Shown here in pieces: positions 26,585 to 36,975 of a stretch of 64,000 nucleotides of DNA. Origin of the DNA: Tubiluchus corallicola. Lineage: Eukaryota; Animalia; Priapulida. The notes under the pieces are model-generated. The model was not told the DNA's origin, made no database searches, and worked only from the letters and a program-made list of their open reading frames with translations. Where the stretch lies: positions 25,385 through 89,384 of the forward strand of contig JAQGDQ010000838.1 of the NCBI GenBank assembly GCA_030141605.1, written 5' to 3'. The position numbers and the translations under genes are program-made. How positions within the stretch are numbered: position 1 is the first letter of the stretch; every line of letters begins with the position of its first letter.

Positions 26585-27229
26585 CCACTTCACTGCCTGT
26601 ATGACGAGAATCTCCCGTCATGAAAATTCTATTCCGACTGGCCTGTATGACGAGACTCTACCGTCATGCTTAATATGCAAATTAACTGACGCCTATGTCA
26701 GTAGCAATAATACTTACACACGCCACATGCAATTGAGGAATCTAGCTTTGAAAAGAAAAAGCGGTGGTGCCCTCTCTTGTCTAAAAAAGATGATAGACAA
26801 GCTAGAAAACATTCATGGCCAAATAACGCGCAAAATGGTCAAAAAAGATTGCTGTTGTTGCCGAGATGTCGTCTGCTACATTGTCACTGCTTTTCCTGTA
26901 TCTTTGTCAATTTTTTTGTCTTCAAATGACCGGAAAAGATGCAGTGTGGAGCAAATTAGGGACTTCGTGGCAAAATTTGGGATAGAGTCATCAGATGATG
27001 GTAGGTGAAGCCAATCCATACACGACTATTAGACATGAGAATTTCAAAATTGTATGGTTGATAAATTGTGTGCATCCGAGCTACAAATTACAGCATTAGG
27101 CCTGCTCTTAATTCTTCTACGCACGGCAATAGTGACAATAGAAGTGGTTGTGATGCAGTCACAACTTTTCATTTTACCAAAATATTCTTGCACGCCAGCT
27201 GGAATACAAATTGCACGGCAGTGAAGTGG
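26585..27229. mobile_element. piggyBac-type MITE
   Basis: Perfect 13-bp TIR CCACTTCACTGCC / GGCAGTGAAGTGG with TTAA duplications at 26581-26584 and 27230-27233. Confidence 0.85.
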
Positions 27230-27521
27230 TTAATTAATCCGAAAATTATCAAAATTGGAATTTCTCATAGAAATCACCGACAATCGCAGTCATATCGACA
27301 GACTACTGTATTAGCAGGTTTCTAAAATAAATAACACATTCTGTGATACCACTTGGCCATGCCAGCGTGCGATGAGCCGAAGAGAAATTTGACGAAATAA
27401 TTCCGATAATGAAGACAAAATGTAGTCCATTTGAAAATACGAAAACCTGTATTTTTCAGAACGACAAAATTTCCGGGCAATGTGCAATGCGATGATTCCA
27501 AGAACTAAAACATAGTTACTG

Positions 27522-27581
27522 TTAGCAGGTAAATCGGTTCTTAGCAGTGGATCCAGATTTTGACATGTTATCAACATGAGC
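27522..27581 (-). CDS. EIF4E: eIF4E exon 7 (last coding): AHVDNMSKSGSTAKNRFTC*
   Basis: Acceptor ttttacttttag, phase 0. Matches the C-terminus SHADTATKSGSTTKNRF, including the Ser209-equivalent. Confidence 0.92.
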   Translation of the reverse strand, partial: AHVDNMSKSGSTAKNRFTC

Positions 27582-27695
27582 CTAAAAGTAAAAATGACCA
27601 AAATTAAAACCATCATCTTTCAGTAAATATGATTTTCTAGTAATTCAAAAGATAATTATTAATGCAAATCAATTTTTTTACAGGCATTTAAAAAT

Positions 27696-28232
27696 ATTTA
27701 TAGTTAAAATGCCACAACTTTATTAAAACTTTTAATTTACATAGTTAAAAAAATCATGTCAAACGTTTTGAATACTGTATCAATATATCTTTTATACAGG
27801 TCTGCTTAATTACTACAGATTTAGCTTTTTGTAAAAACATAATTAGTGCATAATTACTATAACAATTTCTTTTCTACTGGTCTGCTTAATCATTACCTAT
27901 TTGGCTTTTCGTAAATACATAATTTAGTGTATAAATTTCTTTTCTTCAGGTCTGCTTATTCATTACCTATTTGGCTTCTGTTAAATACATAATTAGTGCA
28001 TAATTTACTGTATTAATTTCATTTTACTGGCCTGCTTATTCATTACATGTTTGGCTTCTGTTAAATACATAATTAGTGCATAATGATCTATACTGTAGGC
28101 TCTGCCTATATCAACTGGTTGTATGTTTGTAAAAATTTACCACTGATGATGACAGCAGTAAACATTTGACATGAATTTTAACTATGTAAATTAAGAGTTT
28201 TAATAAAGTTGTGCTGTTATAACTATAAATTA
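27696..28232. repeat. Foldback-like structure: inverted arms of about 70 bp around four tandem units of about 70-80 bp
   Basis: atttatagtt...cacaactttattaaaacttttaatttacatagttaaaa..catgtcaaa is inverted at about 28160-28232. The internal gg(t/c)ctgctta..cattac...acataattagtgcataat unit occurs four times. Confidence 0.75.
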
Positions 28233-28668
28233 TTATTATTATTCCTTAATAATAAAGTGGTTGCTGCATGTGCTTAGCGAATAAAGTTAAGCAATGCCAA
28301 GCCTGTTCGGTAAATATAATGGGTGGGTAAAGTTTCTGTTAACAATTGGACGAGCACAAATGCTCTCTGAACAAAATCTACAAACAAAATACATGAAAAC
28401 AACCAGAATAAGTTTTCCTAATCCATTTTGTAGCTAGAGCTGGGATTGCTTAACTTAGTAGCTGGGTACACATCGTGTACAGCTTTAGTTCGAAGAGTGT
28501 ACGGAAATTCACTAATACTTGCTTCAGATCGTTTCTGTGGCTTAATATCGTGTATCACACTGCTCAGTGATGACTAACAGACAGTATTATGGCACTTTTA
28601 CATTATAATTGAAAAATTTCAATGTTGACTTAGCCAAGAAAAAAAAGCTGCAAATTTTTCCCACCTAC

Positions 28669-28723
28669 CTGGAAACCAATTTGTACTTTTGGAGGAATAC
28701 TGAGTCTTTCCTTTAATTTGCGA
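28669..28723 (-). CDS. EIF4E: eIF4E exon 6: (G)RKLKERLSIPPKVQIGFQ
   Basis: ttttcag / gtaggt boundaries, phase 2 to 0. Matches RVYKERLGLPPKIVIGYQ. Confidence 0.93.
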
Positions 28724-29830
28724 CTGAAAATAAAAATAATACGATGTGCATATGTGTAACATAAAACCTCTAAATATGAAGATTCCAAATCGTTTCTGCA
28801 AATTTTGTCCTCCGGGTGAAGGTTTCTTGTCTTGCCTAGCACCAGAGATCTCTAGCTAAGTACACTAATCATATATTACTAACACTTAGCAGTTAATCTA
28901 CACATTTGGCACTGAAAACAATTTTAATGCAATGTCAGCCCTGAAACTCAGTTGGTGAGTGAAACATTGTGAATTAACTTAACCATGTAAGTAGACAAGT
29001 GGTGTCTAATGCACTAAAGCAGCAAAAACATCTTTTTCAGGAGATTGCAAAGATATAATAAATTAAAACAAACACTGTGTGATAATGGAAAGGCATGTAC
29101 TGCCTCTGAGGCCAGCAAGCAGTTACCTCAACTTACCTGTCAGGTGATTTCATGGTTGATGACTTTAGGTACCTGGCTTTGTGAAATGCTGCAGACACTT
29201 GGCCTTGATATGTTGGGTCTGGTCACATGTAGTTTATAGATTTGTGTCTGGTTAACTGAATTATTGTTTCCTGCTGTCTGCTGTTGCAATTGGTGTTTAT
29301 TGTCTGTCACAGTTTTTTAATGGTGCTCTAATGTTTGGGCAAGGATGTAAGTTGCTTTTATTTACTTTAATAATTTTTGCAGTTTTGATTAGCTACTGAA
29401 ATTAACTGTATATGTGAAATGTTACTTTATGTAATTTGTTTGTGTATGTACTAATTTATTATTACATAAATATTATAGTTATTATAGAGTTATTGTAGAG
29501 TTATTATATTCATAAAATATGCAACAATTTACTTATTTACATTTCTATATTCTACATTTCTACATTCTTAACAGAATAAACAATTAATGTACACACTTAT
29601 GTCTGGACTTAATGTTTGGATTGGAGTGTTTTGAGCATTCTTGGTCGTTCTTAATGAAATGGGTCATGCATGCTACAGGCCATTTATATATAGATTTTTG
29701 AAATAAAGTAATATTTTTAGTTGTCAAGGTCATGGGTCGAGTACTGTACATATAGTGGACAAGATTAGTCACGCAATTATCCACTAGACATATAAATAAT
29801 ATTTTTACACCACAGCACAATACTCAGTAC

Positions 29831-30650
29831 CAGGGATGTCACCGAAACGAAATTTTTGGTTCGATTTACCGACAATCACACTTTTGGTTTCAGCAAAATC
29901 TAGTAAGTATCGTAGCCAAAATTTCGGATAGTTTTCGGTAGTATTTTTCTGATGTTTTACTAGTATTTATTCACTTTACCCTTTCTTTTCTCCTAGTTGT
30001 CAAAACAGCTGGAAAATCTTTGCTAAAATAGTTCAAATAAAGCAAAAATTTCGTTTACAGAATAGTTTACTGGCGTGCTTTTCACAGCAATGTGGCGTAT
30101 CTTCGTGCTGATCAATGTGAAGTTTTGGGTTTCCAGGCCCAATTAACCGAAATATCAAACTACGTATATATTTGAACAAAATCGCATTTAAATTTATAAT
30201 TTACAAAACATAGGCAAGAAAAAAAATGTTTATTTTTAATGAAGCATTATGATCTTTAAACGTTAATCGTTAAGGATACTTAAATCCAAAAACATTGTAA
30301 AACATTAATTTTTCTAATGTGAGCCACTCCATCAAACTTGAGGTTCTATACTATAAAACATCCCTGTTTTTTGTCAGTAATTTTGTATCACAGCAAATAA
30401 AAGTACACAAAAAAACAAAATGTTTTTGTATGTTTTCATTACGGTTTGCCATGTTTGGTAAATTTCGGTTTGCTATGTTTGGTAAATTTCGGTTTGCCAT
30501 GTTTGGTTAAATTTCGGTTTGCCATGTTTGGTAAATTTCGGTTTGCCATGTTTAGTTAAATTTCGGTTCCCCATGTTTGGTAAATTTCGGTTTCCTATGT
30601 TTGGTAAATTTCGGTTTCGGTTTTTAAATTTAGTTTCGGTAACACCCCTG
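29831..30650. mobile_element. hAT-like MITE with subterminal 28-29-bp tandem repeats
   Basis: TIR cagggatgtcaccgaaac / gtttcggtaacacccctg, with degenerate 8-bp TSD ctcagtac / cccagaac. Tandem cggtttgccatgtttggtaaattt units lie at about 30440-30620. Confidence 0.75.
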
Positions 30651-30830
30651 CCCAGAACACGCTGGTACAGTATCTTCAATCCTTAATCATTTCTATTCGA
30701 ATATCTCCTACCACATAAAAATTTAGCATAGAAATTTGCAATTGCACAATATGGTCGTACAAAAATCCACCCCACAATTTAACACGTACAAATATTGAGT
30801 TTAATAAAACTTTAACAACAGTTTATTCAC

Positions 30831-30970
30831 CCTATTTTCATTGTAGCTTCCGAATTTCGGGCGTCGGCCGTCCACATTGCTAATTTATCTCCTTTCGTTC
30901 GTATATTGATCACGGCACCGCAGACATTCTCGCTGTGTTCATCAAAAGCTTCGCCGACTAAACACAACAG
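30831..30970 (-). CDS. EIF4E: eIF4E exon 5: LLCLVGEAFDEHSENVCGAVINIRTKGDKLAMWTADARNSEATMKIG
   Basis: cttgcag / gtgaat boundaries. R157, K162 and W166 equivalents are present. Confidence 0.95.
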
Positions 30971-31170
30971 CTGCAAGATGAAATGAACAGAAATCAGTTA
31001 GATCCACATCCACAAGTTAGATCCACATCCACAAGTCTCGAGGAAAAAAATAAAATTTGTTTTTTAATTTCGTTTAATGCATTAGACTGAATGTTTGTTC
31101 TTGAAAAGTGTTTCATGTCCACTACCCTGTCACCTGTGTATTCAAGTAAACAAAAACAAAAAGACAAACA

Positions 31171-31844
31171 AACAAAAAAGACAACCAAACTGTTGAGAAC
31201 AAAAATAATTTTTTTTATTTTTCGTTTAATGCATTAGACTGAATGTTTTTATATGATGTTTGTTCTCGAAAACTATTATTAGTGTTTGTCCATTACCGTG
31301 TCACCTGTGTATTCAAGTAAATAAAAGCAATAAACAAATGAGCTAAAACATCATGATGTACTTATTTACATTACATTTCATAATATACAATCTGTAAATG
31401 AAAATATAAATGTTGGTAGACGTAACAACATATCACAATTCAGTATTTAATCATGGGAATTTCTATCCCGACACCTACATGGGAATTTCTATCCTGACAC
31501 CTACATGGGAATTTCTATCCTGACACCTACATGGGAATTTCTATCCCGACACCTACAGTGTCTTTATTAAGTTTAGAGATAGCTTTGCCTCTAAACAGGG
31601 GGAAAGACCTGCTCCGTCGGTTTTCATGACTGTCAGGCCTTTCCCAACGAGTTATTTCCTGCCTCAGACTTTATACCAGGCCTATTAACTAAACAGTTGC
31701 ACGGTTAATGATGCGATAAGACAGGTTTCCTATATACATACTTGCACAACAAAAGTTGCAATCTTTCTTTAAGTACTTTGTACAGCTATTTATACAGAGC
31801 AAATAGTAATTTGCTTACTTAGGAAATGAGATTCCGACACGAAG
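31171..31844 (+). repeat. Dispersed unclassified repeat, copy 2, with an internal 26-bp unit amplified x4
   Basis: Matches 3121-3702. catgggaatttctatcc(c/t)gacaccta occurs four times at 31452-31555. Confidence 0.85.
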
Positions 31845-32063
31845 CACCCACGTTTGATCTAGTTGTCACAGTTATAATTATAGGTAGGTGTCGATTTACG
31901 ACTGTTCCTCATTACGACCCTGACCGCAATTTAATTAATTATACAAAACCAACTATAGCTCATATTTCCTTCTATTTTTTTAAACAAAGTAACTTTTTAC
32001 AGCCAACTGTTGCGAAAAATCTGTAGGTATCGCCTTACTTAGTACGTACACACATACAAAATC

Positions 32064-32367
32064 CAGGGGTGTAAGCAGCATCTATGAAAGGGCACATTTT
32101 GCTTACCCATATTTCTGTGGTCATGCTAGTGACGATTTATTTATGAATTATGAATTTAAGTCACAGTCCTTTTAAAATGAACAATAGATGCACGTTTTCA
32201 TATAGAGTTCAATCTCGATAATGCCGGCCAAAATGGCTGATTGACAAATTAAGCACAATCATGGATAATCACACACTTTTCCATCAAAAAGGCAAAGTTC
32301 TGCTCCCGCACTCCCGTCCCTTGGGAAAGAGCAAGGGGGCACTGCCCCCGTGGCTCCGGCGCCCCTG
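32064..32367. mobile_element. Small hAT-like MITE
   Basis: Termini caggggtg / cgcccctg with an 8-bp TSD acaaaatc / acaacatc (7/8 match). Confidence 0.65.
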
Positions 32368-32641
32368 ACAACATCCTACTAGTAGGGACGCATCACTTAA
32401 ACGCAAGCGTCGGACTTGCGTCCAAGTAGTCTTACAACCAATTTGCCAGAACCGACTGTGGTCGTAAGTCAAGGACAATTACCTGTATTTATAATCTCTT
32501 TTGCTTTATGAATTACATTTTATTGTGTCGCCTATGGAAACATTAGCCAATACAATCACATGTTCTGATACCATTAGAGCAAATATGTCATTAGGTCCTA
32601 ATTTAGGATAAAGGAACCGATTAGCAGAGATCTATACCTAC

Positions 32642-32755
32642 CGTTTCCATCCAAAAATTATCTAAATCTGAATATCGTTGTTGCTTGTTAAGATTTATTA
32701 GCCATCGTCCACCGTTTCGATTCTTTTCATCTTCCCACATGGGTTTAATCCCTTG
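32642..32755 (-). CDS. EIF4E: eIF4E exon 4: QGIKPMWEDEKNRNGGRWLINLNKQQRYSDLDNFWMET
   Basis: ttgcag / gtaggt boundaries, phase 0-0. Cap-binding W102/E103 equivalents (PMWED) are present. Confidence 0.96.
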
Positions 32756-32837
32756 CTGCAATAGTATGAAAAATTAATTACACAATACCAAAAATTACTT
32801 ATCTAATAACACTGATATACTAAATTATTTTAAAATA

Positions 32838-33450
32838 CAGTGTTCCCTCACTTATCGCAAAAGTGAATTTCAGCGAAGTAGGGACGCTATACTTACTTTT
32901 ACATTATTTTAAGTCTTTATAAACCCTCCCCACACTCTTATACATAACCCTTTCTCATTCCCTTAATAACTTTTCCTATACTGTACAAAAACTTTACTTA
33001 AATGTTCATAAAAGTATTTTAAACTCTTAAACATAGATACGTAATTTTAAAAATTTGACGGGTGCTGTGTACAATCCCACGTTGGCAAGTAGCATCTCAA
33101 GCGGGCGTACGTGCTATATTTCATTTTTGGTGTGTATTCATCCGCCGAATAAATACACTATTTACTGTAAATGGTAATTTTTTATGATTTATAATATACT
33201 TTTAATGTTAGAATTAATATTTTTAATATATTTTTATACATTTTGTGATTTTTTTAAAGCAAAATTCATCAAATCTATACATTACTGTACAATACATACT
33301 ACGCATGTGCAAAAATACTTTAGACAGAGTACCGTAAACACCCGCGAAACAGCGAAAATACCGCGATAAATATTTTACATTAATATTTTTGAAAACCCGC
33401 GAAACAGCGAGTTAGCGATAAACGAACCGCGATGTAGCGAGGAAACACTG
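32838..33450. mobile_element. Tc1/mariner (pogo/Tigger-like) MITE
   Basis: TA-CAGTGTTCCCTCACTTATCGC ... GCGATGTAGCGAGGAAACACTG-TA. Confidence 0.8.
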
Positions 33451-33732
33451 TACTTCAAATATGACTCGATGTTATTTTTTTCAATCAATTACTGAACAAA
33501 CATCAGATTACACAACTGAAATTTTCAAATTTTGCTATTTTCATGACATCACACAAAACAACCAATCACAGTTAAAAGGGGTTACATGTTCATTCTGTCT
33601 GCTCAAAGTAAGGTTAATGATAACTCCTTCTAAAACTTCGATATAAAACTCTGAAATACAAACAATCATTAGAGTTATCAAACAGTGACATTGACAACTC
33701 AAGGACACTTGTATGCTTGGAGCTACTAAAAA

Positions 33733-34111
33733 CACTCATAGACATCGGTTTGCCAAGACCTCGCTTTTACGGATATCGGAAAAATCGGACAAAATCCGGG
33801 CCATTGAAAGTTCCGCATATGACTGACACAGTCCACTGTTTCGCAACCTGACCGTTAGTTGACAGGCCGTCACTTTGCATCATTACATCAGTGCAACCAC
33901 GCAGCGTGTAACGTGACACGTGTAGCTTGCATGTCAGGAGCGGCCTGTGCTAGACGTTTTTGAGACAAGTTAGGCGATTGATTCTACATTACCGTGAGTC
34001 TAATACATTAACTTAGTAATGGCGCCTAATGCATTGACTTAGTACCGGTAAATAGGCAATTGGCAAATTCAGATGGACATCTCGTTTTTGTCCGGCAAAC
34101 CGAGATGAGTG
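33733..34111 (+). mobile_element. TA-flanked MITE family D, copy 1 (degenerate)
   Basis: cactcatagacatcggtttgcc ... ggcaaaccgagatgagtg-ta. Similar to 35602-35914 and 59373-60050. Confidence 0.75.
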
Positions 34112-35601
34112 TACTACTATACTGTAGAATAAACTAACTCAATTAATTTCAATGATAAAAAACTAAAATTTGCAGATTTCACACTTTTTGATAAACACAC
34201 TTAAGATACTGGTTAAGACAATTAATTTTCAAGTGTTTAATAAACTAGTAGCAAAATATGATGTAATTTACCTAATTAGGCTAAATTATGTTAGTTTTGC
34301 ATGCATGGATCATAAAAAATGTTAGTACTAAGTTAAAAAGTTCACACACACACATTTATATGTTTTGCCAATATCACTTTCTGAAGATTGCAAAGGCCAA
34401 AATACTTTGGCAAGATGTATTAAAGTATAACTTATGTATTAAAAGAACATGTTAAATAAAGAATAAAACGGCACATAGTTTCAAAAGAAGAATTGTATAT
34501 AAGCTCAAAAAACAATACAGCATGTTGGCAACAGTGTGTGCTGGTATTTAATTACACAGCAGGCACCACTTAATAGACTCACTTTGGGATAGAGGTGTTT
34601 TGACTCATTTAACTGACTGAACCTATTAACCGATGAGTGTAGTATTACAGGTAAAGAAGTATGTCATCGGCTTACTATGCACTGCAAAGGTTTTTAATGA
34701 TTTTCAGAAAGGCAGTAATGCCAAAATTCCTTTGTGCAGTTAAAAATTAGAAAAAATATTTTAAAATATTAATTTATATAATTGAATTAGCAATAAATTA
34801 AAAAGTATACTTTTCTAAGTTTGTTTATTTGCAAAAATCACAAAAATTCCTTCAAAGTCGGCTGCTTCGTTTTCTCGCGAAGAAGTTGGCTCACAAAGTT
34901 CTCGTAATTATAAAAACATTGAAAACTGTCGTTGTTCATGACTAAAACAGTTCTGAATCGTTTGCTCATTTACATTGCTCTTATTTGCTGTACGATGTTT
35001 ACTCTCATAAGTCACAAGGAAAACTGGCTGATTACTGTACCTGCTTCTTTGACTGTTAATTCATTAAGCCTGCAACCGTGATTTCCAACGTTAGCGCATG
35101 ATAAATGTAACTATTTACAAACAAAACAGTACTTAAAATGATACATATCTGCATATATTTTAACACACAGAAATATCTTATTTTAAGTACCTAAAGCAAA
35201 AATATTGAGCCAATTATGTGGAGTTATTTAAACCAGTTCCCGACAGTTTCTATATAAATTTGAATAGAAGTGGCCAGACATTACCAGACATTTTTGAGTC
35301 AATTAGGTGACTGATTGTATTAACCCTGAGTCTAATAAATGGCGTCTACTGTATATATCAGAATGCAAAAATCATGCAAACTTACCTTCACATGTAATAG
35401 AACTACAACTAATCAACTACTTTAGTGAGAAGCCACTAACTAAGATTGTAAAGAAGCCAGTATAATCATTTCAGGTTTTTCTTAATTTCATGCAAGCAGT
35501 CACTCCAGTCAGCTTAATGACATCAAGCAAAATTATATTAAAGTTATCATCTCAAGGTTGCCACCAAATTTAGGTTAAACCACATCCATACATTCCCAGT
35601 A

Positions 35602-35914
35602 CACTCATATCTCGGTTTGAGGGACCTTGTTTTTACGGATATCGGAAGAATCAAAATCCGGACCGCTAAAAAGACATCACTGTAACCACTTGTGTATCTT
35701 TACATATAAAAATATCGAGTCAATTATGCAGAGTTATTTGAGTCAATTTGCATAGGAGCGGCCCGTACTAGAGACAATTAAATGATTGATTCTACATTGC
35801 CGTGAGTCTAATACATGACGCCTACTGTACTGGATTACCATCGGTAAGTAAGGACAATCGGCAAATTCGGACCAACGTCTCCCCGTTTTTGTCCGGCAGA
35901 CCGAGATATGAGTG
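35602..35914 (+). mobile_element. TA-flanked MITE family D, copy 2
   Basis: TA-CACTCATATCTCGGT ... ACCGAGATATGAGTG-TA, a perfect 15-bp TIR. Confidence 0.85.
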
Positions 35915-36240
35915 TATTTCCAGTTTCCATATGACAACATTTTTGTGTGTTTATCAAATGTTTCTGCTGTCAATTCTATCCAAAACTAAAACTCGAGTCC
36001 ATTTCGCTCGTAGAACAAAAGAAAAACTACTCAATGCATGCAGATATATGCAGCATTCTTAAGCGGAAACTATGCAGACCTATCACACATTCGCAAATTA
36101 AAACTTCCACACAAAAATTTCAATACCACAAACTCAAGCTAAGTGAGAAGTTACCCAATTTCTAATACAGAAGCTACACTAGTTAGCCTCCACCATCAAG
36201 CCAGGCAAAGGGACAGGAAGCAATCCGCAATCAAACTTAC

Positions 36241-36304
36241 CTTAAATAGTGAATAATCGCAACCCGACTGTAATCGGCTAGCAACTTCAATGTGATTATA
36301 TAAT
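36241..36304 (-). CDS. EIF4E: eIF4E exon 3B (mutually exclusive): LYNHIEVASRLQSGCDYSLFK
   Basis: 64 nt, ttctcacag / gtaagt boundaries, phase 2 to 0. Confidence 0.93.
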
Positions 36305-36403
36305 CTGTGAGAATAACAGCTGTTGTTAGTAAAATGCAAAGTCAGCAAAAAACGATACGAGTGCGCTTCACCCTGCTGCAGAAAGGTGGCAGCAGCAGCT
36401 CAC

Positions 36404-36467
36404 CTTGAATAAGGAATAATCGCAGCCATGAGGAAGATGAGTGGGAGACAGGACATGATTATACAAC
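36404..36467 (-). CDS. EIF4E: eIF4E exon 3A (mutually exclusive): LYNHVLSPTHLPHGCDYSLFK
   Basis: 64 nt, ctttatcctag / gtgagc boundaries, phase 2 to 0. Paralogous to 36241-36304. Confidence 0.88.
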
Positions 36468-36790
36468 CTAGGATAAAGTTAGAAAAATGCAAATCAGATA
36501 GATAATGACGCAATATCAAATTCACACTCGTTAAAAAAAATGTGTTTTGATGAGTTCTCAATTTTTTTCTTGAAGACAAACTGTTACATAAACCAAAAAA
36601 AATGAAATTTATTATGTACTAAACAAGTTTTATTCTCCTCACACTGTTACCTCTTATTCATGATACGAAACTCTCGATGGGGTTCAATTCATGATAAGTC
36701 ATAAAATAGAAGGTAAGAGAATATAAAACTACCAAATTATTTAAACATTACATAACAATCTAATATTTCACAATTTGCTATTTTACTTAC

Positions 36791-36975
36791 GCCCAGAAAT
36801 CTTCTACAGTATCAAATGACGTGATATCGCAAAGGTTTTCCTCCCACTGCTTGGACTTGTCATTTTTAAAGAACCACAGTGTCCAGGCATTCTGTAATGG
36901 ATGCTTTATGAGTAATTCTGGGCTAATTTCAACTTCTTTGCTGACTACTGCCTTCTGTTCTGACGATTCTTTGTC
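36791..36975 (-). CDS. EIF4E: eIF4E exon 2: DKESSEQKAVVSKEVEISPELLIKHPLQNAWTLWFFKNDKSKQWEENLCDITSFDTVEDFWA
   Basis: ttttctttag / gtaagt boundaries. HPLQN-W43, W46, W56 and TVEDFW(W73) equivalents define class I eIF4E. Confidence 0.96.

Noticed and set aside
35380-35460. Possible third copy of eIF4E exon 3 (minus strand CTT TAC AAT ... AAG|gtaagt)
   Set aside because: Wrong length, in-frame stops, no GCDYSLF motif and no acceptor at the expected place. At most a cryptic donor.
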